A stretch of DNA of 64,000 bases from an uncultured Acidobacteriota bacterium (lineage in GTDB: Bacteria > Acidobacteriota > Thermoanaerobaculia > Multivoradales > UBA5704), in the NCBI GenBank assembly GCA_963700145.1, contig OY969474.1, positions 3,616,001-3,680,000 of the forward strand. Direction: 5' to 3'. The translations under genes and the position numbers were made by a program. Shown one piece after another: positions 35,182-45,700 of the stretch. The notes beneath the pieces were generated by a model. The model had not been told where the DNA came from. It did not search any database and saw only the letters and a program-made list of their open reading frames with translations. The stretch's first letter is position 1. Each line of letters begins with the position of its first letter.

Positions 35182-37251
35182 CTACTGTATTACGCCGCGG
35201 GCCTCCGCGGGTTGCAGCGGGTGCTCTTCCACGTACCGCCGCGCCTCCCTGCTCCCGTGCCGGAAGAGCTGGTGCGGCACGAGCTCGGTGCGGAACGGCG
35301 CCGTGCGATCGCGCAGGGCCGCGAGGGCCGCCTCGACGGCCCGGAAGCCCATCTCGCGGGGCGTCTGCCCGGTCACGGCCTGCAGGACCTCGTCGGGGGC
35401 GAGGAGCATCTCGGCCAGACGCGGGCTGACGTCGGTCCCCCACACCCGGACGCGCCCCGCCCGCCCGCTCGCCCGCACGGCGCCGACCAAGTGCTCGGTG
35501 CCGCACTCGTTGGCGGACCAGAAGAGCTCGACCTCCGGATGCTCGCGCAGGAGCTCCTCCGCGGCCCGGGCGCACGACTCCCGCTCGCCCTTGGTGCGGT
35601 ACGCCGCCTCGGTCCAGGCGATCCCCGCCTCGTCGAGCCCGGCGCGGAAGCCCGCCACGCGCCAGTAGCACCCCTCGAAGTCGCAGGCCTTGAGGATGCC
35701 CACCCGGGCGGCGTCGCGCACGGCCTGCGGCTGGTGGAGCAGCCAACGGGCCAGCGCGCGCCCGCTTTCCTGACCGAGGGCGAGCTGGTCGCTCTCGTAG
35801 TTGGCCGCGACCAGGCGCTCGGCGTGGGCCGCGTCGAGGCAGTGGTCGTAGCAGACGACGACCACGCCCGCCGCGAAGGCCGCGCGGACGAGGGGCGCCG
35901 AGCGATGCTCGTCCTGCGGCACCATGACGATGGCGTCGACGCCGCGGTCCAGGTACTCGCGGACGATCGCGGCCTCGCGCTCGAGCTCGCTGCCCGCGCC
36001 CGCCGAGGCCATGCGCACGACGAGCCGCGCGTCGCGCCCCGCGGCCTCGCGGGCGCCGTCGAGGATCTCGCGGAAGAAGTGCTGCTCGTCGTCGACGATG
36101 ACGCCGAGCGTGAACGGGCGGGCGCCGGCGGCCGCCGGGGCGGGGGGGTCGAGCAGGGCGTGCTCCAGGCCGCGGGCGCTGCGCAGCTGCTCGCGCGAGG
36201 GCAGGAAGGCCTGCCGCAGGTCGGCGCCGCGCACCTCGGTCCCCTCGAACCGGGTGCGGCCGTCCAGGCGGGCCTTGCGCAGCAGGGCGCCGCCGAGCCG
36301 CGCGTGGAAGAGCTCGGCGCCGCGCAGGTCGGCGCGCGCCAGGTTGGCCTTCTCGAGGCCGGCGTAGGCGAGGACGGCGCCGCGCAGGTCGGCGCCGGTG
36401 AGCCGTGCGCCCGCCAGGCGGGCGTGCCAGAGATCGGCGCCGCGCAGGTCCGCTTCGTTGAGGTTGGCCCCCGAGAGGTCGGCCGCGCGCAGGCTCGCCC
36501 CCCGCAGGTCGGCGCGGAAGAGGTCGGCGCCGCGCAGGTCCGCGCCGGCCAGCGTCGCCGCCCCGAGCGACGCGCCGGCGAGGCGGGCCCGGGAGAGCCG
36601 CGCGTGCGACAGCTCGGCGCCCGGCAGGCGGGCCCGCGCGAGATCGGCGCCGTCCAGGCGGGCACCCGTCAGGTCGGCGCCCCGGCGCCGGAAGAGACCC
36701 GGGGCGAAGGAGCCCAAGAGGCTCCCGCCCGGCAGGCGGTAGCAGCGGTCGAGCCGCAGCCCGGCGAGCTGGCCCCCGGCCGCGTCGAGGCCTTCGAGAC
36801 TCAGGCAGTCCTTGTTGAGCCGCTCGAGGGCGTCGATGCGGGCGTGGCTGTAGCGCTGGCCCCGCGCCTGGTCCACCGTGTTCCAGGCCTCGTAGTCGCG
36901 CTGCTTGCGGCGCTCGGGGAGCTCGACGAAGAACGAGACGATGGCGAGCAGGATCGCCAGCCGGCCGACGTACTCGAGCAGCGAGAACAGCGACAGGTTC
37001 TGCAGCCACTCGACCACGCGCTCGGTGTAGTGCTCGAGCAGCCACCTCGGCGCCTTCCGCCGCGTCGAGAGCTCGAGCAGGCCGCCGTAGGTGTCGGCGC
37101 TCAACCCGAGACGCTCCGCCTCGCGCAGGAGCTTGATCTTGCGGCGGACCGGGTCGTCCTCGGCCAGCACCGCGGCGAAGCTCTGCAGGAGGTCCTGCAG
37201 CTCGACCTCGGCCTGCGGGTTCGCCGCAGGCGGACGTAGGGGGTTTTCCAT
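35182..37251 (-). CDS. Membrane-anchored pentapeptide-repeat protein fused to an RbsB/LacI-type ligand-binding domain
   Basis: Hydrophobic LSLFSLLEYVGRLAILLAIVSFFV; ~30 A(D/R/N)LxG repeats; C-terminal FFREILDGA...GVDAIVMVP...VCYD...QTPREMGFRAVE. Confidence 0.8.
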   Translation of the reverse strand: MENPLRPPAANPQAEVELQDLLQSFAAVLAEDDPVRRKIKLLREAERLGLSADTYGGLLELSTRRKAPRWLLEHYTERVVEWLQNLSLFSLLEYVGRLAILLAIVSFFVELPERRKQRDYEAWNTVDQARGQRYSHARIDALERLNKDCLSLEGLDAAGGQLAGLRLDRCYRLPGGSLLGSFAPGLFRRRGADLTGARLDGADLARARLPGAELSHARLSRARLAGASLGAATLAGADLRGADLFRADLRGASLRAADLSGANLNEADLRGADLWHARLAGARLTGADLRGAVLAYAGLEKANLARADLRGAELFHARLGGALLRKARLDGRTRFEGTEVRGADLRQAFLPSREQLRSARGLEHALLDPPAPAAAGARPFTLGVIVDDEQHFFREILDGAREAAGRDARLVVRMASAGAGSELEREAAIVREYLDRGVDAIVMVPQDEHRSAPLVRAAFAAGVVVVCYDHCLDAAHAERLVAANYESDQLALGQESGRALARWLLHQPQAVRDAARVGILKACDFEGCYWRVAGFRAGLDEAGIAWTEAAYRTKGERESCARAAEELLREHPEVELFWSANECGTEHLVGAVRASGRAGRVRVWGTDVSPRLAEMLLAPDEVLQAVTGQTPREMGFRAVEAALAALRDRTAPFRTELVPHQLFRHGSREARRYVEEHPLQPAEARGVIQ

Positions 37252-37293
37252 GCGCGGCGCTTGAGGGCTGCGGGAAGCTTACACTCTGCCGCC

Positions 37294-40200
37294 ATGATCG
37301 CGACCCCCTGCCGTCCTTTCCGTCCCGCCTTCGCCCTCGCCGCGCTCCTGCTTCCCCTGCCGGCCGCCGCGGCGGCCGGCGTCGATCCCGCGCTCCTCGC
37401 CGGCATGAAGGCGCGCGCGATCGGCCCCGCCGCGATGAGCGGCCGCGTCGCCGCCGTCGAAGGCGTCCCCGCCGATCCCGACCAGCTCTGGGTCGGGGCG
37501 TCGACCGGCGGGGTCTGGAAGTCGACCGACGGCGGCGTCACCTTCACGCCGGTCTTCGACGACCAGCCGGTGGCGGCGATCGGCGCGGTGGCGGTCTCGC
37601 CGGCCAACCCGTCCATCGTCTGGGTGGGGACCGGCGAGGGCAACCCGCGCAACAGCGCCTCGGTGGGCAACGGCGTTTACCGCTCCGAGGACGGCGGCCG
37701 CACCTGGCGGCATCGCGGCCTCGAGGAGACCGAGCGCATCCACCGCATCGTGCTGCATCCGACCGACCCCGACACCGCCTGGGTCGCCGCCCTCGGGCGC
37801 GCCTGGGGCGAGAACGCCGAGCGCGGCGTTTTCAAGACGACCGACGGCGGCGCCACCTGGCGCAAGGTCCTCTACGTCGACGAGCGCACCGGCGCCGCGG
37901 ATCTCGCGGCCGACCCGTCCAACCCGCAGAAGCTCTTCGCGGCGATGTGGCAGTACCGGCGCTGGCCCTGGTTCTTCCGCTCGGGAGGCCCGGGCTCGGG
38001 GCTCTACGTCACCCACGACGGCGGTACCTCTTGGCGGCGGGCGACGGCAGAGGACGGCATGCCGGCCGGCGACCTCGGGCGGATCGGCGTCGCCGTCTCG
38101 CGCTCCGATCCGCGCGTCGTCTACGCCCTGGTCGAGGCCGCGGAGAGCGCGTTCCTGCGCTCCGACGACGGCGGCCGCTCGTGGAAGAAGGTCAACACCC
38201 GGAAGGACGTCTCGCCGCGCCCCTTCTACTACGCCGACCTGCGCGTCGATCCCGACAACGCCAACCGCGTCTACCGGCTGTGGAGCCTCCTCGACGTCTC
38301 CAACGACGGCGGCAAGACCTGGGAGCCTCTCCTCGCCTGGGGCAAGGTCCACTCCGACCACCACGCGCTCTGGATCCACCCGGAGGACGGCAGCTTCATG
38401 GTCAACGGCAACGACGGCGGCGTCGCGGTGACGCGCGACCGCGGCGGCTCGTGGCGCTACGTCGGCAACCTGCCGCTCGCCCAGTTCTACCACGTGCGCG
38501 TCGACCAGGAGGTGCCCTACAACGTCTACGGCGGCCTGCAGGACAACGGCTCCTGGAAGGGCCCCGGCGCGGTGTGGGAGAACGGTGGGATCAGGAACCA
38601 CCACTGGCAGGAGGTGGGCTCCGGCGACGGCTTCGACACCGTCCCCGACCCGCGCGACGCGAGGCGCGGCTACTCCATGAGCCAGGAGGGGTACCTCGTC
38701 CGCTACGACCTCGCGACCGGTGAGCGGAAGAGCATCCGGCCGGCGGCCCCGCCGGGCGTGCCGCTGCGCTTCAACTGGAACGCCGGCATCGCCATCGACC
38801 CCTTCGCGCCGGACACGATCTACTACGGCAGCCAGTTCGTGCACCGCTCGACCGACCGCGGCGAGACCTGGACCACCATCAGCCCCGACCTGACGACCAA
38901 CAAGCCGGAGTGGCAGCGGCAGAAGCAGAGCGGCGGCCTGACGCCCGACGTCACCGGCGCCGAGAACTTCACCACCATCGTCGCGCTCGCGCCCTCGCCG
39001 CTCGAGCGCGGCCTCCTCTGGGCCGGCACCGACGACGGCCGCCTGCACGTCACCCGCGACGGCGGCGGCACCTGGACGAGCGTCGAGAAGCACGTCAAGG
39101 GCGTCCCGGCCAACACCTGGATCCCGCACGTCGTGCCGTCACTGCACGACGCCGGCACGGCGTTCGTCGTCTTCGACGACCACCGGCGCTCCAACTGGAC
39201 GCCCTACGTCTACAAGACGACCGACTACGGCCGCACCTGGACGAGCCTCGCGACCAAGGAGCTGCGCGGCTACGCCCTGGCGGTCGCGCAGGACGCGGTC
39301 GACCCCGACCTCCTTTTCCTCGGCACCGAGCTCGGGCTCTGGACCTCGCTCGACGGCGGCAGGAGCTGGCTGCCCTGGCGGCACGGCGTGCCGACGGTCT
39401 CGGTCATGGACCTGGCCGTCCATCCGCGCGACCACGACCTGATCGTGGCGACGCACGGCCGCGCCCTCTACGTCCTCGACGACCTGGCGCCGCTGCGCAC
39501 CCTCTCGGCCGAGACGATGAAGGCGCCGCTCCACCTCTTCCCGGCCTCGCCGGCGGTGCAGTACATGGTGCGGCAGACCGGCTCGTCGCGCTTTCCCGGG
39601 CACACCGAGTTCACGGGCGAGAACGAGCCGTACGGCGCGGTCCTGACCTACTCGCTCAACCTCCCCGGCCTGCCGCACCCGGACACCGAGCGCGAGCGGC
39701 AGAAGAAGGAGGAGGAGCGGGAGAAGGAGCTGGCGCGGCGGCGGAGCGAGGCGCCGGTGGGGGAGGCCGGGGAGGAGGTGCCGGCGGCGGTCGTCAAGGA
39801 GCCGCCGGCGGGCGCCGAAGCGGCGGCGGCGTACGGGCCGCCGGGCGAGGGGCCGCAGGCGACGATCGAGGTGCGCGACGCGGCGGGGACGCTGCTGCGC
39901 ACCTTCAAGGGCCCGGCGAAGCTCGGGGTCAACCGCGCCGTCTGGGACCTGGCGACCGATGCACCCAAGTACCCGGGCGATGCGCCGGTCTGGTGGGCCC
40001 CCGGCGGGCCGGAGGTGCCGCCGGGCACCTATCAGATCAAGGTCAAGCAGGGCGACCACGAGGCGACGGGGCAGGTGGAGGTCGTCCCCGATCCGCGGCG
40101 GCCGTTCGACGCCGAGGCGCGCCGCGCCAACTGGGAGGCGCAGCGCCGGCTCGGCCGGCTCCAGGACCGCACGGCGGAGGCGGTCGAGCGGGTGCGGCGG

Positions 40201-40626
40201 AGCGCGGCCGATATCGACACTTTGCTGGCGCGCACCAAGCCGCAGGAGAAGGAGGGCGAGAGCGCCGAGGCCAAGGCCAAGCACGACGCCCACAAGGAGC
40301 TGGCGAAGGAGGCCGGGAAGGTCAAGAAGGGGCTCGAGAAGCTCGAGGCGCGCCTCTGGCAGGGCGCCGACACCAAGGGCATCCCCCCGCCCGACGACGC
40401 CCTGTCGCAGATCCAGACCGTGCAGTGGCTCCTGAGCTCGACCTATGACCCGCCGACCGCGGCGCAGACCGCCTACCTGGCGGAGGCCGAGACGACCCTG
40501 CGGACGGCGCTGGCCGAGGTCAACAAGTTCCTCGCCGAAGACCTCGCCGCCTTCCGCAAGAAGCTCCAGGAGAGCGACTTGCGGCTGCTCCAGGAGCTGC
40601 CGCCGCTGGCGATCGAGGTGGAGTAG
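37294..40626 (+). CDS. VPS10/BNR beta-propeller glycosyl-hydrolase-like secreted protein (paralogue)
   Basis: GPAAMSGRV, Asp-boxes, YGGLQDNGSW, RFNWNAG, ATHGRALYVLDD. Confidence 0.9.
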   Translation: MIATPCRPFRPAFALAALLLPLPAAAAAGVDPALLAGMKARAIGPAAMSGRVAAVEGVPADPDQLWVGASTGGVWKSTDGGVTFTPVFDDQPVAAIGAVAVSPANPSIVWVGTGEGNPRNSASVGNGVYRSEDGGRTWRHRGLEETERIHRIVLHPTDPDTAWVAALGRAWGENAERGVFKTTDGGATWRKVLYVDERTGAADLAADPSNPQKLFAAMWQYRRWPWFFRSGGPGSGLYVTHDGGTSWRRATAEDGMPAGDLGRIGVAVSRSDPRVVYALVEAAESAFLRSDDGGRSWKKVNTRKDVSPRPFYYADLRVDPDNANRVYRLWSLLDVSNDGGKTWEPLLAWGKVHSDHHALWIHPEDGSFMVNGNDGGVAVTRDRGGSWRYVGNLPLAQFYHVRVDQEVPYNVYGGLQDNGSWKGPGAVWENGGIRNHHWQEVGSGDGFDTVPDPRDARRGYSMSQEGYLVRYDLATGERKSIRPAAPPGVPLRFNWNAGIAIDPFAPDTIYYGSQFVHRSTDRGETWTTISPDLTTNKPEWQRQKQSGGLTPDVTGAENFTTIVALAPSPLERGLLWAGTDDGRLHVTRDGGGTWTSVEKHVKGVPANTWIPHVVPSLHDAGTAFVVFDDHRRSNWTPYVYKTTDYGRTWTSLATKELRGYALAVAQDAVDPDLLFLGTELGLWTSLDGGRSWLPWRHGVPTVSVMDLAVHPRDHDLIVATHGRALYVLDDLAPLRTLSAETMKAPLHLFPASPAVQYMVRQTGSSRFPGHTEFTGENEPYGAVLTYSLNLPGLPHPDTERERQKKEEEREKELARRRSEAPVGEAGEEVPAAVVKEPPAGAEAAAAYGPPGEGPQATIEVRDAAGTLLRTFKGPAKLGVNRAVWDLATDAPKYPGDAPVWWAPGGPEVPPGTYQIKVKQGDHEATGQVEVVPDPRRPFDAEARRANWEAQRRLGRLQDRTAEAVERVRRSAADIDTLLARTKPQEKEGESAEAKAKHDAHKELAKEAGKVKKGLEKLEARLWQGADTKGIPPPDDALSQIQTVQWLLSSTYDPPTAAQTAYLAEAETTLRTALAEVNKFLAEDLAAFRKKLQESDLRLLQELPPLAIEVE

Positions 40627-41002
40627 GGGAAATGCACCATTCCGGCGCCGTTTTGCACCATCCGGAGGCCGGAAACGAGGGAACGGGCGCTCGGGAGGCC
40701 CCCTCGGCGCCCGCCGGAGGCGCCGCGGAGAGAGAAATGCACCCCGCGGAGCCTGCGGGGTGCACCGCGGGCGCTGAGGAAGGCGCCGCAGCACCATTTA
40801 TGCACCATTTTCCGCCGGCTTTGCACCATTTTGGTCCCGCGGCAGGCTCCCGAGGCCCCGCGGCGTCCTCCGGAGGTGTCGCGGCAGGCCGCTGAGCCCT
40901 CGTTTGGTGCATAGCGGGCGAAAAGTGGTGCACCTTTCCGTCTGAGGATATATCCTCAGGCGCCGGGGGGTGCATTCCTGGCCCCGCATGGTGCATTTTT
41001 CC
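40627..41002. repeat. Intergenic 21-nt-phased TGCACC/GGTGCA array with imperfect terminal inverted repeats
   Basis: Motifs start at 40633+21k (see findings); ends gaaatgcaccat / atggtgcatttt. Confidence 0.7.
40942..40959. promoter_or_regulatory. Perfect palindrome, candidate TA operator
   Basis: ctgaggatatatcctcag, about 60 bp upstream of vapB. Confidence 0.45.
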
Positions 41003-41019
41003 TCCGGAGGAGACATCCC

Positions 41020-41271
41020 ATGCCGACGCGCCGCGCCAACATCTACGTCGACGAAGACCTGATCGCCCGCTGCATGCGCTGCACGGGCCACCGAACGAAG
41101 AAGGCGGTGATCGAGGAGGGGCTCCGGGCCCTCCTCCGCCTCGACGGCCAGCGCCAGGTGCGCGACCTGCGCGGCCGGCTGGTCTGGGAGGACCCGGCGA
41201 CGCAGCCGGCGACCCCGCCGGAGCCCGCGCCGGCGGCGGCGGCAGGGGGCGGCGATGCGGACCCTCGTTGA
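41020..41271 (+). CDS. vapB: VapB antitoxin (DUF2191-like)
   Basis: RANIYVDEDLI...TKKAVIEEGLRALLR...LRGRLVWE; RBS ggagga. Confidence 0.85.
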   Translation: MPTRRANIYVDEDLIARCMRCTGHRTKKAVIEEGLRALLRLDGQRQVRDLRGRLVWEDPATQPATPPEPAPAAAAGGGDADPR

Positions 41272-41668
41272 CGCCTCGGTCTGGATCCCCTACTTCACCG
41301 GCCGCCGCTCGCCGCGCGCCGACTGGCTCGACGCCACCCTCGGCCGCGCCGCCCTCCTCGTCGCCGACCTGACTCTCCTAGAGGTCCTCCGCGGCCTCCC
41401 CGACGCCGCCGACCGCGAGAAGGCCCGCGCGGCCCTCCTAAAGTTCCCGGTGATCCCGACCGGCGGCCACGACGCGGCCCTCAAAGCCGCCGCCCACCTC
41501 CGCGCCCTCACCGCCGCCGGCGCCCCCCAGCCGCCTCTACCGCAGACCCTCATCGCCACCGCCTGCTTGGCGAACGACCTCCACCTCCTCCACGACGACC
41601 CGGCGTACGAGCCCTTCGAGCAGCACCTCGGGCTCGCAACGCCGGGGACGGTGGTGGAGATGTGGTGA
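41255..41668 (+). CDS. vapC: VapC PIN-domain toxin
   Basis: LVDASVWI, LLEVLRG, LIATACL, LLHDDPAYE; some acidic catalytic residues look degenerate. Confidence 0.8.
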   Translation: MRTLVDASVWIPYFTGRRSPRADWLDATLGRAALLVADLTLLEVLRGLPDAADREKARAALLKFPVIPTGGHDAALKAAAHLRALTAAGAPQPPLPQTLIATACLANDLHLLHDDPAYEPFEQHLGLATPGTVVEMW

Positions 41669-41669
41669 C

Positions 41670-42719
41670 TCAGGGCTTGAGCCGGGCCACCGGGCAGATG
41701 ACCGGCTCGTAGGAGCCGCGGGGGTCGCCGAGGCGGATGGCCTCCAGCAGCCGCGAGCTGAGCTCGTCGCGGTGCACGGCGGTCCAGCCGACGCGCTCGC
41801 TCCCCTCGATGAAGGGGACGGGGCGGAGCCGGTTGGGGGGCCGCATCTTGGCGAGCTCGTAATACATCTCGAAGTGCTTGCCGGCATCCGGCGCGGACGC
41901 GCTCGACTGCGCTTCCGCCGCGTGCGCGGCGTGTCCCTGCGGCACGTTGAGCAACGCCAGCTCGAGCGTGTTGCCGACGGGGCGCAGCGCCGCGGAGCGC
42001 CCCGCGCCGCCGTCCCAGCGCGACTCGCTCAGCTCCAGGACCTCGCCGCTCACGCGGATCTCGGCCGCGACCCAATCGGTGAGCGCCTGGCGGTAGCCGT
42101 TCGTCGGCTGCTCGGCCTTGAGGGACTGGAAGCCCAGCGGCGGCACCTCGTCCTGCAGGCCGACGAGGCGATAGCTCGAGATCTCGCCGGCGCGCAGCCG
42201 CAGGCGGGCGGCGATCAAGCCCTTCTCCGGGCGCGCCCGCAGGACGTCGGGGTCGGCGGCGCCGGCCGCGGGGTCGATCTTCTCCAACTCGGCGACCCAG
42301 CCGAAGTCCTTCCGCTCGGCCGCCGTTCGGGGCAGAGACTCGCCGGCCGACCGCTGGCCGCCGAGGATGGTGAGCGGCGGCGCGGCCAGCTCGCTGCGGC
42401 CCGCGCCGAAGAGCGCGAGGTCGGAGCCGTCGAGCCGCCAGGCGAGGCCGGCGTCGATCGCCTGTGCGAGCGCGTCGCCCGCCGCCTCCGGCGCGAGGTC
42501 GGGGAAGAGGAAGCTCGCCGCGCCGGCGTCGGCGCCGCAGCCGCCGCCGCAGCCCCCCGCCCGCGCCAGCAGCAGGGGCTCGTGCGGCGGCATGCGGGTG
42601 CCGTCCGAGACGGTGTAGCTCTCCGCGGCGTCGAGCAGCAGGACGGTCAGCTCCTTGCCGTCCTCGCTCGGCACGAACGCGATCAAGCCGACGAAGAAGA
42701 TGCGCACGATGAAGTCCAT
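41670..42719 (-). CDS. Hypothetical protein downstream of the CHAT protease
   Basis: 349 aa, host codon usage, strong RBS gaggaggg; starts MDFIVRIFFVGLIAFVP, ends VICPVARLKP. Confidence 0.7.
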   Translation of the reverse strand: MDFIVRIFFVGLIAFVPSEDGKELTVLLLDAAESYTVSDGTRMPPHEPLLLARAGGCGGGCGADAGAASFLFPDLAPEAAGDALAQAIDAGLAWRLDGSDLALFGAGRSELAAPPLTILGGQRSAGESLPRTAAERKDFGWVAELEKIDPAAGAADPDVLRARPEKGLIAARLRLRAGEISSYRLVGLQDEVPPLGFQSLKAEQPTNGYRQALTDWVAAEIRVSGEVLELSESRWDGGAGRSAALRPVGNTLELALLNVPQGHAAHAAEAQSSASAPDAGKHFEMYYELAKMRPPNRLRPVPFIEGSERVGWTAVHRDELSSRLLEAIRLGDPRGSYEPVICPVARLKP

Positions 42720-42740
42720 GGGATAGCCCTCCTCGAATGG

Positions 42741-45700
42741 TCAGTTGGGTGGAAACGGCGACGACGCGTGGCCGACGACCTGGAACGGGGCCCAGACAAG
42801 GACCAGCTCGCCTCTAGGGCTCTGCTTGCGAATCACCTCCAGCTGTGCCTCCCGCAGGGCCCTCGCAGCGTCCTCTCCGGCGGCCAGGTGCTCATGGAAC
42901 GACACCAGGAGGCTGGCGGAGGAGGAGTCGCTGACGTTCCAGAGCGTGCCGACCACCGCCGGCACGCCGCCGGCGAGGAACGGCCGCACCAGCGGCGCGA
43001 GGCCCGACGATCCGATCGACCGGCCGCCGGCCGAGCTGCAGGCCGAGAGCACGACGAGGCGCGTCTTCCGCAGCTCCAGCCGGCTCAGTAGCTCTTCGGC
43101 GGTGAGCGCTCCCGAATGGGTCGCCGACCGCGCGAGCAGGAGGACCGACCGCGAGGGGGCGTCGTCGTTGGCGATCGCGTGGCCGGCGAAGTGGACGACG
43201 GTCTTGGCCGCCGCCCGGCGGAGGAAGCTGTCCACCGTCGCCTGCTCCGGCGCGAGCCTCTCGGCCAGCGGCCCGTAAAAGCGCTCGATCCCGGCGACTT
43301 CGCGGCCGGCCCAGGCCAGCGGCTCGAGGTCGCGCGCGATCTCCAGCTCCTTGTCGAAGACCGGATCGCCCACGAGCAGCGCGCTGGCAGGCTCGCCGCG
43401 GAGCTCGCGGTCGCGCAGCAGCGAGAAGACGTAAAGCGTGGCGCTGGGCGCCACTTCGATCGGGAAGTCTTCGACCAAGTGCCGGTTGGTAACCGGGTCG
43501 CGCAGCGCCGCGAGCGGCAGGCCGTGGAGCGCTCGGTCCGGGACGAAAACGAGCCGCTCGACCTTCGAACGGTCGAGCCGGGCGAGCGGGGCTGCGAGCA
43601 GGGCGGCGAAAGCCCGCTCGAGAACCTCGACGACGCTCTCGGTGTCGCCCGTCTCCCTCGCGGCGCGCAGGTCCTCGACCCACTCCGCGATGGTCCGGTG
43701 ATCGATCTTCGGGCGCAGCGACTCGAACTGCTCGCGCCCGACGATCCAGATCACGAGCTGCGGCTCCTCCCCCGTCTCGTCGAGGAAGTAGAAGTCGAGA
43801 AGGAAGGTCCCGGCCGGGAGCTGCGCCTGGACTTCGGTGAGATCGAGCGGCTCGCGCTGCGCGATCAACCGCTCGAATCTTCGAGGCGCCGAGCGGAGCC
43901 GCAAGACGAGGTCCAGCGGCTCCACCGCCCGCGCACCTTCGACATGCGCGAAGGCTTCGGCATCCCGCCCTCGATCTATCAGCAGCCGGACGAGCTGCTG
44001 AGATGCCTCCCCGAAGCGAGAGAAATAAGGCCCCCAGCGCTCCTCGCTCTCCCCCGGCCGTCGGAGGTCCAGGACCCGCTTTTCTTCGGCAGCGACCTCC
44101 TCCATGCCGGCTTTGAGGGCCTCCTCCGCACCGGCCGAAACGCCCGTCCTCCGGTAGGCACGCGCCAGCTGGAAGTGGAGGTTGGCGCGATAGGTCCTGA
44201 ACTGCTCCGGCGGGTAGAGGGCGATGGCTTCGCGCAGGAGCCGGATCGCCGCCTGCGGATCGCTCGCGAGCAGGGCGCTCGCCTCCGCCTCCTTGGCGCG
44301 TGCCAGCAACGCGCTCCTCACACCCTCGTCCACGGCCCGCTCGAAAAACCGGAGGGCCTCCTGGACGTCCGCTCGCGCCTCCTCGTGGCGATCGAGAAAG
44401 GCGAGGAGCGTCGCGCGCCCGCGCAGTGCGATCCCGAGGTTTTGGCGCAGCCCGGGCGCCAGCGGATCGTCCGGCGGCAGCGGCGCCAGGTCCTGCCGGA
44501 GGCGGTCGATCGATTCGGTCTGCATCTGGAGGGCGGTCTCCGGCTCATCGAGGGCGAGGGCCGCCGAGGCGGCTTCGCCCAAGATGTAATGCTGGCGGTC
44601 TGTCTCGACGACGGAGCGGAGGTCGCGGAGCGTCTGCCAGGCCTGCTGCCACGCGAGCTCCCGATCCCCCAGCTCGCGGGCGGCTCCCGCCAGGCGTGCA
44701 CGGACGTTGGCGACGCCCTCGGGGTCGCGGACCCGCCGGTAGGTTGCGAGGGCCTCTTCGTAGACCTCGAGGGCCTCGGGGAAACGACCCTGCGCCACGA
44801 GGCAGAGCCCGCGCGACCAGAGGACCTTCGCCAGCAACGACCCGGAGCCGGAATGCCGCGCCGTCGCCTCGAGAGGCTCGAGCATGGCCAAGACTCGCGG
44901 GCAGTGCGCCTCTCGCAAGCGGCGGTAGAGAGCGGCGGCGGCGCCGATCTCCGCGCCGGTGCGCAGCGGGCTGCCCGCCGCCGCCAGCTCCGCGCCGGCT
45001 TGCCGATATCGTTTCTCCTCGTCCGGCGCGGTGACCTCCCGTGAGAGCTGCCGGGCCGCGCCGAACAGCGCGTGGCCCCTGGCGAGCGCGCGCAGCCTCG
45101 CGGCGTCGCGCCGCCGGTCGGCGTCGGCGACGACCTCGACGACGTCGCGGAGGTAGCGGTCGCCGGTTGCGCGCGCGACCGCGCCGGCGACCTCCCGCGC
45201 TTCGCTCAGACGCTGCGGCGCCTGCGGGTCGCCGGCTTCTGTCATCCGCGCCCAAGCCGGCAGCACCTGCTCTTCGACCCAGCGTTGCGCCGCGCCGGGG
45301 AAGGGCGCGACGAGCTGGGTGACGGCCTCACGATCGCCCAGTCGGACCGCTTCGGCGAGGCGCAGCCGGTTGAGCGGCCAGACCGTCGCGGCCATGCGCA
45401 GGTCCTGGCGCTCGAGCCGGTCGCGGTGGCTCCGCCCCGCCGCGGCCCACCGCGGATCGTCGGGGCGGCCGAGGTAGATCGCCCAGGTGCGGGCGGCTTG
45501 CCACGGCAGTTGGAGCAGCTCTTCGGCGAGCGCCAGGTTGAACAGCGCCTCGGGGGACGGGTCGGGCACCGCGACGGCCTCACGGGCCGCCGCCGCCGCG
45601 CGCAGCAGGTCCGAAGGGCCGTCCTGCCGCCGCGCCCGTACCAGGAAAGCGCCTGCCAGGTCGCTCCAGATGCGGGGATCGGGTGCCGGCTGATGGGCCA

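Noticed and set aside
36200-36700. Recurrent cgcaggtcggcgcc units at 15/30-nt spacing, superficially CRISPR-like
   Set aside because: They encode pentapeptide repeats (GADLR) in frame; no unique spacers of CRISPR length
31259-40626. Repeated gacggcggc motifs as DNA repeats
   Set aside because: They encode BNR/Asp-box motifs (SxDGGxTW)
40627-41002. Possible CRISPR array
   Set aside because: Conserved core is only 6-9 nt, orientation is mixed, and there are no cas genes
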